From the NCBI GenBank assembly GCA_963822405.1, contig CAWGHH010000001.1, positions 151,296-215,295 of the forward strand: a stretch of 64,000 nt of DNA, read 5' to 3'. Source of the DNA: Candidatus Uhrbacteria bacterium. Its GTDB lineage: Bacteria > Patescibacteriota > Patescibacteriia > UBA9934. The translations under genes and the position numbers were made by a program. The notes under the pieces were generated by a model. That model searched no databases. It was not told where the DNA came from and saw nothing but the letters and a program-made list of their open reading frames with translations. This document shows positions 50,369 to 60,176 of this stretch, in pieces. Numbering within the stretch: position 1 is the stretch's first letter; each line of letters opens with the position of its first letter.

Positions 50369-52192
50369 TTATACTTCGACAATAACTGGCAGGATCATTG
50401 GACGACGTTCTGTTTTGGTAAACAGGAACTTGCCAAGCTCTTCACGGATGAATTCTTTGACTTCATCTGTATCAAGCGGGGCGCCGTGCTTATGAGCGCG
50501 GAGCATATCTTCAAGACTCTTTTTAGTCATGTCGATAAACTCTTTGTTGTCCTTCATGTGGAGGAAGCCACGGCTGACCATATCCGGTGTTTGCATGAGT
50601 ACACCGGCCTTTTTGTCGTACTGAGCAATGACCACTAGCATGCCGTCTTCGGCCAGGGCTTGGCGGTCACGCAACACTACCTGAGAAACATCACCCACGC
50701 CGAGACCGTCTACGAAGACGTAATCAGAGGGAACTTTCTCTGGAGTTAGCTGAGCAACATTTACGCCATCGGGCATTTTGTTCAACTGAACTATTTGACC
50801 ATTGTCGGCCACGAAGACGTTCTCTTCTTTCCAGCCCATGGAGTAGGCAACTTCCGCGTTCTCGCGAAGGAGGAAATGGTTACCTTCAATTGGCATGTAG
50901 TATTTTGGCTTGAAGAGGGAAAGCATGAGCTTAATATCCTCTTTCATAGCGTGTCCACCAGCGTGAACGTCCATCAGATCCTTGTGAATAACCCGAGCGC
51001 GCTTTCTGTAAAAAGTGTCCTTCAAGCGCTGGACTGACGCTTCGTTACCAGGAATTACAGAGCTAGAGAAGATAACGGTGTCATCTCTGTCAACTTTAAT
51101 AAAGCGATGTTCATCGTTTGCAATACGTGAGAGCGCAGCTCGTTTTTCACCTTGTGCGCCAGTACAAATGATGGTTACTTTTTCTGGCGGGAGGTTGTTT
51201 GCTTCCTCAATAGGAATAATGGACTTTTCGCTGACTTGGATGTAGCCAAGCTCTTTAGCAATTTCCACGTTAGTTTTCATTGAATATCCATCAAGTGCGA
51301 TCTTGCGACCAAGCTTTTCAGAGATTTCCATGAGTTGCTTAACGCGGGAAAGCAGGGAAGCAAAGGTACCGACAATGACGCGGCCTTTAGCTTTTTCAAG
51401 GATGCTATAGAGTTCTTCGCCAATAACTTTTTCGGACTTTTGGTGTCCAGCGCGGTCAGCGTTCGTTGAATCTCCCATGAGTAGGGTGACGCCAGCCTCG
51501 CCCAAACGAGCCATTTTATGGAAGTCAGCCGGAGGCGCGCCAACTGGGTGGAAGTCATACTTCCAGTCACCAGTGTGACAAATAACACCCGCTGGAGTTT
51601 CAATGACAATACCGGCAGAATCCGGGATATTGTGGTTGATGTGGAAGAAGTGAACTTTGAAAACACCAAGCTGTAGCTCAGTTGTGATCGCAATTGTCTT
51701 CACGTTAACCGTAGCAGTTGGGAAGTCTGTTTGGCGCTTCTTGATGATGCCAGCGGCCACAGGAAGAGCGTAGACCGTTGGATTGCCAATGTTCTGCACA
51801 ACGTGCGGAATGGCTCCAATATGGTCATAGTGACCGTGAGTGATGATGACACCACGAACATTTTTTTCCTTACCCTTAAGGTAAGTCATGTTCGGGATGA
51901 TGTAGTCAACACCGGGCATATCTTCATCAGGGAACTGAAGTCCAAGGTCAACAATGATGATGTCATCCTTGTATTCAATGAGCGTACAGTTACGTCCCAC
52001 CTCTTCAAGTCCGCCAAGTACAATAACGCGAACCTCATCTCCCGTTGGGGAGGTGAGAGTCATGGTTTTTTCCGGCTGCGTAACTACCGGGCGGGAGGTA
52101 GAGGCAGTTGGCGGAAACGGTTTTCTGGCACGTGGTGGACCGCTTTTTGCAGGCGGAGCAGCACGAAATGTGTTGGGTTTAAAATTTCCCAT
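50369..52192 (-). CDS. rnj: ribonuclease J (beta-CASP metallo-beta-lactamase) with a low-complexity N-terminal extension
   Basis: HGHYDHIGA zinc motif; beta-CASP and C-terminal domains present. Confidence 0.85.
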   Translation of the reverse strand: MGNFKPNTFRAAPPAKSGPPRARKPFPPTASTSRPVVTQPEKTMTLTSPTGDEVRVIVLGGLEEVGRNCTLIEYKDDIIIVDLGLQFPDEDMPGVDYIIPNMTYLKGKEKNVRGVIITHGHYDHIGAIPHVVQNIGNPTVYALPVAAGIIKKRQTDFPTATVNVKTIAITTELQLGVFKVHFFHINHNIPDSAGIVIETPAGVICHTGDWKYDFHPVGAPPADFHKMARLGEAGVTLLMGDSTNADRAGHQKSEKVIGEELYSILEKAKGRVIVGTFASLLSRVKQLMEISEKLGRKIALDGYSMKTNVEIAKELGYIQVSEKSIIPIEEANNLPPEKVTIICTGAQGEKRAALSRIANDEHRFIKVDRDDTVIFSSSVIPGNEASVQRLKDTFYRKRARVIHKDLMDVHAGGHAMKEDIKLMLSLFKPKYYMPIEGNHFLLRENAEVAYSMGWKEENVFVADNGQIVQLNKMPDGVNVAQLTPEKVPSDYVFVDGLGVGDVSQVVLRDRQALAEDGMLVVIAQYDKKAGVLMQTPDMVSRGFLHMKDNKEFIDMTKKSLEDMLRAHKHGAPLDTDEVKEFIREELGKFLFTKTERRPMILPVIVEV

Positions 52193-52324
52193 AAATCAAA
52201 CTGTCGAATGAAAAATAAAGAATAAATGCTTCACTCCTGACAGTCGGCTATCGTCGAGCATATCTCGACAATAATCGACTAGCAGTAATTGTCCCTAACC
52301 TGAAACCTGCAACCTAATTTTCTC

Positions 52325-52411
52325 ATGGTGCGGGCGGAGAGACTCGAACTCTCAAGCCATTGCTGGCACAGGCTTCTGAGACCTGCGCGTATACCAATTC
52401 CGCCACGCCCG
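52325..52411 (-). tRNA. tRNA-Leu (anticodon CAG), type II with long variable arm, CCA encoded
   Basis: Hand-folded: acceptor GCGGGCG/CGCCCGC, anticodon loop CUCAGAA, variable arm UGCCAGCAAUGGCUU, T-arm GAGAG-UUCGAGU-CUCUC. Confidence 0.85.
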
Positions 52412-52468
52412 CAGACCCAAACTAGAGAGAGAACTTTACCACTTTTACCTCTTCAAGTCAATATTTAC

Positions 52469-54319
52469 TTACTTTTTGAAGACTCGTTTTGTCTTGATAT
52501 ACCACTCGTTTACATCAGCGAACCGGTCTGCTGGCAAGTTTACCACAGGTAAGCTTATGCCTTTAATGTCACTGCTCGTGATGTAGACGTAGGTTGGCTC
52601 GTAGAGGAACGCGGCTACATGCTGATCGCCTAGTATTTTGACTAGAGCGGAGTAGTTTTCAGCTCGCTTAGCTTCATCAGGGGATGACCTGATGATTCCC
52701 ATGGAGTCATCAGCAGCGCGATTAACTAACTGAGTGATATTTAGTCCCGGGTAGGCCGCTTGAGAGGAATGCCAGTATGGGTATGGGTCACGGAATGTTC
52801 CGTAAATTTCCCCGGCTAGCAGAATATCAAAGTTTCTATTCCGCAAGATGTCAGTCTGTAGTTCGTCCGTACTTTTTGGTTGGAGATTGATACTTAAACC
52901 AAGCGGCTCCCACTGTTTTTTGAGTTCATTCGCAACGGCATTAAGTTCTGCGGTGTCAGCGAAGGTGACTGATAGGACGATTGCTGCTCCGGCTTTGGCT
53001 CTTGCGCCGCCGCCTTCCGGTACTTTATAGCCAGCCGCATCAAGAGCTGCTAATGCTCCTGTAACATCCGGTTTAGGCACTGCATCCGCTGAGAGTGCGC
53101 CGGGCATCTTCATGACCAGTGGGGAAGTAAGCGGCAGTCCGTTTCCACCAAGAGAGCTTGTGATGAGCCCGTTTCTATCAAGTGCAATATCAAGTGCTTT
53201 ACGTACGTTTGCATCCCCAATCGGTCCGGTGGACTTGAGATTAAAGAAGGCTGCGGTGTATTGAGGAATATATGGACGAAGAACTGACAGGGCGCGATCG
53301 TCCGTAAATTTTGGTGCCTCAGTGAAGGGAACCGTTACCGCGCCTTCAATGTTTTTATTACGTAACAAATTAGGCAGTTCTTCTGCGGAGTTTGCAAATT
53401 TAAATTGGAGAGAGTCAATAAACGGAACACCTCTATAGAAATCCTTATTTTTTGTCAGCGTAAGACTTCTCAGCGTCCCCTTACTGTCCATGGTCAGTTT
53501 TTCGAATTTATACGGACCAGAACCAATTGGCTCAAGGTTCAGCATGGCCAAGTGAGCGTTGCTCGGGGGAATGTCTGACCACACGCCTGAGGGCAATATT
53601 CCCACCGTTAAATTACTAATGAAGGCCGCTGATGGTTCAGGCAGTGTAAAAGTGATTGTTCGACTATCTGGCGTATCAATCGTGATACCTGAGAAGGATG
53701 GGGCGAGGGGGCTCTGATAATCAGGATTTTGAATGGCTCGAAAGGTAAAGGCAACGTCATCGCTAGTTAATGGATCTCCGTTGTGAAAACGAACCCCGTC
53801 TCGGAGAATAAAAGTATAGGCTTTACCGTCAGGAGAGGTGCTGAATGAGGTGGCTAGGTCGGGGACCACTCCATCCTGCGGATCAAAACGCATTAGGCCA
53901 GAAAAGGTGAGGTGCACTAAATCATTATCAACGTCACTAGCCGTAGCATAGAGCGGATTAATACGTGATGGCATGCCAATCAGTCCTTCTGTGTAGCTTC
54001 CACCCATGGCTGGGATAGAAGTTTGATGATTTGATAAAAAACGAAGTCCAAGAGCCGTTCCAGCAAAGAGTGCTAGTACAAGCGCGCTTACGGCTACGCG
54101 TTTTTCAGTAACTGATAGAAATTTTGGTAAATGTTTCCACTGGCTGATGGTAGGTAGTCTACGAGATTTCTTCATCAGCAAAACTTCTTTTCTGGCTAGG
54201 GCTTCCGTGTTTGGACTTTCAAATGATTTGGCAGATGCCCGGGATTTGACATCCCGGTTTTTCTTGGAAAATAAATTTGAAAAGGCGATTTTTGGAATAT
54301 GAACAGATCCAAAACTCAC
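52469..54319 (-). CDS. ABC transporter substrate-binding protein, family 5 (oligopeptide/nickel type) with N-terminal membrane anchor
   Basis: Size and overall SBP_bac_5-like sequence; N-terminal TM. Confidence 0.6.
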   Translation of the reverse strand: MSFGSVHIPKIAFSNLFSKKNRDVKSRASAKSFESPNTEALARKEVLLMKKSRRLPTISQWKHLPKFLSVTEKRVAVSALVLALFAGTALGLRFLSNHQTSIPAMGGSYTEGLIGMPSRINPLYATASDVDNDLVHLTFSGLMRFDPQDGVVPDLATSFSTSPDGKAYTFILRDGVRFHNGDPLTSDDVAFTFRAIQNPDYQSPLAPSFSGITIDTPDSRTITFTLPEPSAAFISNLTVGILPSGVWSDIPPSNAHLAMLNLEPIGSGPYKFEKLTMDSKGTLRSLTLTKNKDFYRGVPFIDSLQFKFANSAEELPNLLRNKNIEGAVTVPFTEAPKFTDDRALSVLRPYIPQYTAAFFNLKSTGPIGDANVRKALDIALDRNGLITSSLGGNGLPLTSPLVMKMPGALSADAVPKPDVTGALAALDAAGYKVPEGGGARAKAGAAIVLSVTFADTAELNAVANELKKQWEPLGLSINLQPKSTDELQTDILRNRNFDILLAGEIYGTFRDPYPYWHSSQAAYPGLNITQLVNRAADDSMGIIRSSPDEAKRAENYSALVKILGDQHVAAFLYEPTYVYITSSDIKGISLPVVNLPADRFADVNEWYIKTKRVFKK

Positions 54320-54325
54320 TATATT

Positions 54326-54541
54326 TTAGAAGGTGAACAAAACGTTAGCTAGAGCTACACCAAGAAAGAGTACAACAATGATAACAGTAGCGGCGTGCAA
54401 TTTCTTTTCAACGCCACGGCGGGTGCGGTAAACGTTACCATCTCCACCAAAGGCGATACCAGCGCCACTTCCGCGTGCTTGAAGCAAAATAGCGGTTGTG
54501 AGGAGGAGAGCTAGAACTAATTGGCAGATGTTGAGAATCAT
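54326..54541 (-). CDS. secG: preprotein translocase subunit SecG
   Basis: Two TM helices plus a Gly-rich loop (GSGAGIAFGGDG). Confidence 0.7.
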   Translation of the reverse strand: MILNICQLVLALLLTTAILLQARGSGAGIAFGGDGNVYRTRRGVEKKLHAATVIIVVLFLGVALANVLFTF

Positions 54542-54582
54542 ATTACTGCCTATATTATCAAATAGAGATAAATTCGTAAAGC

Positions 54583-55332
54583 GTGGTCATGCTATCCTAT
54601 GGGGGTATGGAAGAACGGGAGAGCCGTACCGGGAGCATTATTGCGAGTCTTGGGGTGGGGATAATTCTTATCCTACTTTTTGTCTTTTCTTGGCGAGTTT
54701 TTACGTTTTATCAGCAGATTAAGCACGGAACGGTTGATCTGACTGGACTTCGCTATTCGTCTACGGCGGCCAGAACAGAGAGTTTAAAGGCCTTGGCTTC
54801 AAAGGCTCCGGGCAGTGGTGAGCTAGCCACTAAAGACGATCCAGCGCTTGGTTCTTTAAAAGCAAAGGTTACGGTGGTCGAGTTTGCCGACTTTGGTTGC
54901 CCGTTTTCGGGAGAGGAGAGCTATGTGGTTCGCGCTTTAGCTCGCGAGTTTCCAGATACTGTTAGATTTATCTTTCGAGACTTCCCACTCGACGACTTGC
55001 ATCCAGGCGCTACCTTAGCTGCCGAGGCTGGTAATTGCGCCGCTGATCAGGGTAAATTTTGGGAGTTTCATGATTCCGTCTTTGCTCATCAGGGGGAGTT
55101 CACGGTCGAGAAGCTCGTCGGTCTGGCCGAGGGCGTAGACATGAATGCGGATACATTTAAGACATGCTTAGAGAGTGGGAAGTATACTAATGAAGTTCAA
55201 GCTGACCTTGCGGATGGTGTTGCTGCCGGTGTAGTCGGCACCCCGACTTTTTTTGTAAACGGCTCTCTAATAGAAGGCGCAGCCCCTTATGCAATTTTTA
55301 AAGAAGTTATCCAGGCATTTTTACAAAATTAG
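54583..55332 (+). CDS. DsbA-like thioredoxin-fold oxidoreductase (CPFS active-site variant), membrane-anchored
   Basis: N-terminal TM; FGCPFS in a thioredoxin-fold context. Confidence 0.6.
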   Translation: MVMLSYGGMEERESRTGSIIASLGVGIILILLFVFSWRVFTFYQQIKHGTVDLTGLRYSSTAARTESLKALASKAPGSGELATKDDPALGSLKAKVTVVEFADFGCPFSGEESYVVRALAREFPDTVRFIFRDFPLDDLHPGATLAAEAGNCAADQGKFWEFHDSVFAHQGEFTVEKLVGLAEGVDMNADTFKTCLESGKYTNEVQADLADGVAAGVVGTPTFFVNGSLIEGAAPYAIFKEVIQAFLQN

Positions 55333-56713
55333 TCTTCTCGTGGCACTTTGTGTGCCCTCGTCTATTCTTGTTGTCGAGCCTGTCTTGGCGGCTGACGCAA
55401 CGTGTTCTTGTTATTGCGGCGATACTCAAAACGGAGCGGTTCAGCAGTCCGCGCCTCAGCCGAGCATGGTCGAGTGTACAGCTCTATGCAATGACAAGGG
55501 CTTAACTCCGATTGGTTGTTTTGTGGGCAATCTGGCCCTCCCGGAAAATGACGGCAAATGTTGGACAAAGGATGAGTGTGCAAAATATGCCACTGATCGT
55601 GATCAAAATCCTACTCCAGGAGTTTGGGGCGGACAGAGTGACCATTGTGTAGAAACGAAAAGTGGTCTGGCGACTGGCTATTGTTACTCGCCCTCTATTG
55701 GCGTGAATCTGAATATTCCAGTGCTCGGTCATACTACCGTCATGGGTTTTCATGAGTACTTGGCGCTCGCCTACAGGTTTCTTCTTCCAGCCATGTCGCT
55801 GATAGCCGTAGTCATGATTATGGTCGGCGGACTTGAATATGTAGTGGCTGGTGGAAGCTCGAAAAGAATTGATAAAGCAAAAACTAGAATTACCAATGCG
55901 CTTATAGGATTAGTCCTCCTCATGTCAGCGTACACAATCGTGTCGCTACTTGACCCCAGACTAGTGAATCTTTCCGTTCTAAAAATGCCACTGATGAAGA
56001 AAGCTGTGATGCTGGATCCTGGCACTTCTTGTGAGCAATTAAGCGACTATAAGTTTGATATAGATCCTCCTAAGGGGACTTGCGGTGCAACGAAAGGAAA
56101 GATTACCGGTATTGAAAATGTGGTTTCGGAGGCTCGGAACTCAAACTTTAAAGTTGGTGATCCTTGTGATTTTATAACGTGCGATAAAGCTGGTACTGCC
56201 TGTGTGACTCCTTTTCCTGGAGCAACTCCTAGATGTTACTCGTGCTCGCAAATTTCCACCTCAAAGTCAAATATAGCTGCTTCTCCAACTCTTTGCGAAC
56301 AAGTTGCCGCACGGGCAGATATCGGAGATAGGAACGAGATGAATAAATACGCTTGCGTCTTTGATGATTATGTAATCACAGCAAATGAATGTATCCAGTT
56401 TTCGAGTGGATTACTAAGTGAGGCCATAGATTGTAATAATCTAAATGATTACATAGACACGATGTCCACACTTGTTCACACAAGTGGTGACCCATGTGAT
56501 GGTTATGAGGACCTAATGATGAGTTTCGCTGCAAATCTAGACCCGACAGGGTTAATTCCGACTGCTCCTTCTGCGATGAGCATCACTACTTTTACCAGAC
56601 AAGCTCAGAAGGTATGTGAATCAGATCCCTGCGGCCTCGCACAAAAGAAGGGATATTCCGGTTGCCGATTCACTTCAAAACTTCTTAGAAGTACCTGCAC
56701 CGGGATAAAATAA
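55289..56713 (+). CDS. Cys-rich secreted protein with central VirB2/TrbC-like two-helix membrane hairpin
   Basis: Signal peptide; 35 Cys by hand count; central hydrophobic hairpin LIAVVMIMVGGLEYVVAGG...ALIGLVLLMSAYTIVSLL; overlaps the DsbA-like gene by 44 nt. Confidence 0.55.
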   Translation: MQFLKKLSRHFYKISLLVALCVPSSILVVEPVLAADATCSCYCGDTQNGAVQQSAPQPSMVECTALCNDKGLTPIGCFVGNLALPENDGKCWTKDECAKYATDRDQNPTPGVWGGQSDHCVETKSGLATGYCYSPSIGVNLNIPVLGHTTVMGFHEYLALAYRFLLPAMSLIAVVMIMVGGLEYVVAGGSSKRIDKAKTRITNALIGLVLLMSAYTIVSLLDPRLVNLSVLKMPLMKKAVMLDPGTSCEQLSDYKFDIDPPKGTCGATKGKITGIENVVSEARNSNFKVGDPCDFITCDKAGTACVTPFPGATPRCYSCSQISTSKSNIAASPTLCEQVAARADIGDRNEMNKYACVFDDYVITANECIQFSSGLLSEAIDCNNLNDYIDTMSTLVHTSGDPCDGYEDLMMSFAANLDPTGLIPTAPSAMSITTFTRQAQKVCESDPCGLAQKKGYSGCRFTSKLLRSTCTGIK

Positions 56714-56757
56714 TATACAAAACAAAAATCCCTCGAATTTACTCGAGGGATTTTTTG

Positions 56758-57105
56758 TTACTTGGCTTTTGCCGTTGCTTTAACGGTCTTCTTTGCTTCT
56801 TTGAACTTACGGCCAAAGTCTTTAACGAACTGGAGCTTGGCTCGGCGAACCTTATAGACTTTGAGCGAATCAACCTTGACGATGTTTGGGGAGGAGACCG
56901 GGAAGATCTTCTCTACTCCGAAACCGTCTGTTTCCTTGCGGATGGTAAAGGTCTTTGAAGATCCGCTTCCGCGTACTCCAAGAACCAGACCCTCAAAAAT
57001 CTGAACGCGTTCGCGTTTTTCGCCCTTTCCGTTAACGTCTTCGATCTTTTCATGGATCTTGAGGACGGCTCCGGGAACAATCATGGACATTTCTGCTTCG
57101 GTCAT
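56758..57105 (-). CDS. rplS: 50S ribosomal protein L19
   Basis: L19 signature sequence (...RVQIFEGLVLGVRG...VRRAKL...). Confidence 0.85.
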   Translation of the reverse strand: MTEAEMSMIVPGAVLKIHEKIEDVNGKGEKRERVQIFEGLVLGVRGSGSSKTFTIRKETDGFGVEKIFPVSSPNIVKVDSLKVYKVRRAKLQFVKDFGRKFKEAKKTVKATAKAK

Positions 57106-57117
57106 ACGGGCGGGAGT

Positions 57118-57672
57118 TTATCGGAGATTCTTAACCGCGTCAAGGACTTTTCCCAGTGTTTCTTTGGTTCCAATTTGGCTAGTATCTATTACTAGGTCGT
57201 ATTTGGATCGGTTCAGGAAGTCGATTCCGTACCATTTCTGGTAGCGGGCTTGGTCGCTGGCTAGCCTGGTGGCTATGGTGTTTTTTACTTCTTCGACACT
57301 TTGATACTCCGGTTCATCTGATCTATTTGGGTTTGCCTTTCGGTCGGTCAGGATTCGTTCGGCAGCGACTAGAGGATCGACATCCAGGAAGACCTTGAAG
57401 CTTTTTGGGATGAAGTACCAGGATAGTCTCCCGTCAATCACAAAGTCTTCTTCAGTCTCTCCAAGCTTTCTTTGATACTCGTCAACGTCTTTATCGGTAA
57501 ACGCTTCAGTTTCGCCAAGTTTATTCAATTCGTCTATAGTCATCCCTCTGTCCTCCGCCATTTTTCCTCTCAAGTCACCCATCGAATATTTCTTCAAGCC
57601 AAGACGTTCGGCCAGAAGATTCTTGAGGGTCGATTTTCCGGCACCAGGAAGACCAGACAGAGTGATGATCAT
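57118..57672 (-). CDS. cmk: cytidylate kinase, archaeal-type (CMP kinase 2)
   Basis: MIITLSGLPGAGKST P-loop and overall similarity to archaeal-type Cmk. Confidence 0.7.
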   Translation of the reverse strand: MIITLSGLPGAGKSTLKNLLAERLGLKKYSMGDLRGKMAEDRGMTIDELNKLGETEAFTDKDVDEYQRKLGETEEDFVIDGRLSWYFIPKSFKVFLDVDPLVAAERILTDRKANPNRSDEPEYQSVEEVKNTIATRLASDQARYQKWYGIDFLNRSKYDLVIDTSQIGTKETLGKVLDAVKNLR

Positions 57673-57680
57673 ATCTTGCT

Positions 57681-58583
57681 CTACGCCTTCTTTAGGTTAG
57701 CGAGTGATTCTTCGAGTTCTTTTGGCAGGGGAGCCTCAAAAGTTTTTCTCTCACCATCCGGGAGATCAACGGTTAACGTGCGAGCGTGCAGGAATAGTCT
57801 AGGAAGAGCAATCGGCTTGATATCCTTTCTGCGATACAGCGTATCTCCAGCAACTGGATGACCAATAGCGAACATGTGGGCGCGAATCTGGTGCGTACGA
57901 CCAGTTTCAATTTTGACATCCAGTAGTGTGCCCACCGTGTAGCGACCAACTACCGTGTAGTGAGTGATTGCTTCCTTACCTTCTTGGCTTAATGGTCGGG
58001 CGGCCATTCGGGCGCGGGTGGTTGAGCGGGCAATAGGGAAGTTGATCGTTCCTAGCTCGTCTCGCACTTTGCCCATAACAAACACTGTGTAGTGTTTTTC
58101 GGTTAGTCTTTCTTTGAATTGTTTTTTGAGGAAGGCAAAGGCCTTTGGAGTTTTGGCAGCAATCAAGACGCCGGAAGCTTCTTTATCTAGACGATGAACA
58201 ATGCCTGAGCGCTTTTCTTCGGCGCCGGCTTTCTTCATTTTAGGCGCGTGCTTAAGGAGGGAATCAAGGAGAGCTGCGCCATCCTGGCCTTCGGCTCTAT
58301 GCACAAGAACTCCAGACGGCTTATTAACAACGATAACATCGTCATCTTCAAAGATGATGTCTAGTTTTGCGGCTGCTTTCTTTCTTGGTTTGGCTGGTGC
58401 TGCCTCTACTTCGATATGGCTGTTTTCCGATACTTCCAAATGAGGGCTAGCTTTTTTCCCGGTAACAGAAACTCTGCCCGATTGGACAAGTTTTTGGGCT
58501 TGGGAACGGCTAATACCGAGGGATTCGGCTAATGCAACATCCAGTCTGCCGGGAGTTGTTATCTCTACTACTGTTGATTTCAT
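57681..58583 (-). CDS. RluA/RluD-family pseudouridine synthase with S4 domain
   Basis: S4 domain; HRLDKEASGVLIAAKT catalytic motif. Confidence 0.8.
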   Translation of the reverse strand: MKSTVVEITTPGRLDVALAESLGISRSQAQKLVQSGRVSVTGKKASPHLEVSENSHIEVEAAPAKPRKKAAAKLDIIFEDDDVIVVNKPSGVLVHRAEGQDGAALLDSLLKHAPKMKKAGAEEKRSGIVHRLDKEASGVLIAAKTPKAFAFLKKQFKERLTEKHYTVFVMGKVRDELGTINFPIARSTTRARMAARPLSQEGKEAITHYTVVGRYTVGTLLDVKIETGRTHQIRAHMFAIGHPVAGDTLYRRKDIKPIALPRLFLHARTLTVDLPDGERKTFEAPLPKELEESLANLKKA

Positions 58584-58656
58584 GGGAAAATGCTACCATG
58601 CTATTGGGTTCCTTGCCAGGAAAGGCAAAATGAAGTAAGGTTAGCCCAATAAACGT

Positions 58657-58733
58657 GGATCCGTAGCTCAGTTGGTTAGAGCGCCGAGCTTATACCTCGG
58701 TGGTCCCTGGTTCAAGTCCAGGCGGATCCACCA
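58657..58733 (+). tRNA. tRNA-Ile (anticodon TAT), CCA encoded
   Basis: Canonical cloverleaf: GGATCCG acceptor, D-stem GCTC/GAGC, anticodon stem CCGAG/CTCGG, loop CTTATAC with U33 and A37, T-arm CCTGG-TTCAAGT-CCAGG. Confidence 0.85.
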
Positions 58734-58910
58734 AAAAACCTTCTTAATATGATATTCATTCCTTTTCTTCTGTTATTCCTGTCGGTCTTCATGGCTATTG
58801 TTGGTTCTCAGCGTAATGTACCGCTCTTCAAGACTTTAGCTATCGTGTTCGCTATAGCGGCTATTGGTTCTTGCATTGTAGTTTATCTAGCTCTCGGCGT
58901 TGTTTAATGT

Positions 58911-59315
58911 ATGCCAAATGAACCGATCGGTTTTTTATTAATCCTCGCCCTGCTCTGGTTTGTATTGTTTTGGACTGTTGGGGGAGTGGTTTTTGCAGTT
59001 ATCGGTTTAATGCGGTTTCTTCGTTTAAACAAGAATCGTTTTAGCTGTTTTTTTACTATCCTTTCTGCCGGTACAGCCCTTGGTGCCGCTTGGATGGGGT
59101 TGCTCGCTGCTCATACGGACGCCCCAAGTGCTTGTTTGGCTCAGACAAAAACTTCTACTATCACTAGTTTTATCCCGAGTTTATTCACTTGTGCATCAGA
59201 AGAGGTTTTATCTGCTGCCGCCCTCTGGTTTCTCTTCTTACTCGGAGCTGGCATTATTCTTCTTTTTCTTTCTCGTGCTCCTGAACGCCCCAGAGACATT
59301 CATGGGAATGATTAA
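58911..59315 (+). CDS. hypothetical multi-pass membrane protein (134 aa)
   Basis: Four hydrophobic helices. Confidence 0.45.
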   Translation: MPNEPIGFLLILALLWFVLFWTVGGVVFAVIGLMRFLRLNKNRFSCFFTILSAGTALGAAWMGLLAAHTDAPSACLAQTKTSTITSFIPSLFTCASEEVLSAAALWFLFLLGAGIILLFLSRAPERPRDIHGND

Positions 59316-59352
59316 TTGAACCTTATTCGAACCAGGCTGGCATGTAGTATAC

Positions 59353-60042
59353 TTGCAAGTATCTATGGTTCAAATATTGAAACGAGATACTGCTCGAAAA
59401 CTTAGGCAACAAGGAAAGACATATCCCGAAATATCGAAACAGCTAGATGTATCAAAATCAACGCTGAATTATTGGTTTCGGGACCTTGTTTTACCGCCAA
59501 CGGCCCGTGAGCGACTTCTCGATAAAAAAAGGAATGCGCTAGTTGGATTGCGAGTTAAGGCGGCCGCAGGAAAACACAAAGTGCGTATTGAGAATGAGTT
59601 AACGGCAGATAGCGAAACGAGGAGGCTCTTGGGCTCGCTCGATTCACAGCCTTTGCAAGCGGCCATTCTCGGAGCCTTATATCTTGGCGAGGGTTTCAAG
59701 AAGAAATCATTCATTGGTCTCGGAAATTCGAATTCTGAGATACTCAAATTGTTTGTCGGGCTATTGAGGACTCTATTCCATCCAGAAGAACAGCGATTTC
59801 GTTGTATTTTATATCTTCGATACGACCAGTCGGAAGAAGCAGAGAAGGGTTATTGGTCAGAGAAGTTGTTAATTTCTCAAGATCAGTTTAGAAAAACACA
59901 GTTTGATAAGCGCACTCTTGGCAAAAAGACATATCCCGACTACCATGGGGTCTGCGCCGTTTACTGCTACGATGCTTCTATAGAGAAGAGAGTTAGTGCT
60001 CTACAGAAGATTATCTTACAGATCACGAAGACGGGTGTATAG
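59353..60042 (+). CDS. HTH-domain protein with degenerate LAGLIDADG-like motif (possible homing-endonuclease-like protein)
   Basis: N-terminal HTH GKTYPEISKQLDVSKSTLNYWF; ILGALYLGEGF resembles LAGLIDADG with Glu replacing Asp; stop overlaps tRNA-Val by 10 nt. Confidence 0.4.
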   Translation: MQVSMVQILKRDTARKLRQQGKTYPEISKQLDVSKSTLNYWFRDLVLPPTARERLLDKKRNALVGLRVKAAAGKHKVRIENELTADSETRRLLGSLDSQPLQAAILGALYLGEGFKKKSFIGLGNSNSEILKLFVGLLRTLFHPEEQRFRCILYLRYDQSEEAEKGYWSEKLLISQDQFRKTQFDKRTLGKKTYPDYHGVCAVYCYDASIEKRVSALQKIILQITKTGV

Positions 60043-60109
60043 CGCAGTTGGTTAGCGCGTCTCCATGACATGGAGAAGGTCGGAGGTTCGAGCCCTCCTA
60101 CACCCACCA
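60033..60109 (+). tRNA. tRNA-Val (anticodon GAC), CCA encoded
   Basis: Acceptor GGGTGTA/TACACCC; anticodon stem TCTCC/GGAGA; loop ATGACAT; T-arm GGAGG-TTCGAGC-CCTCC. Confidence 0.85.
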
Positions 60110-60176
60110 AAGAGTCCCATCTAAACGGTGGGGTTTTTTGTTTTGTAAGAAACCGTATTTTCTGGTGTAGTATTAG

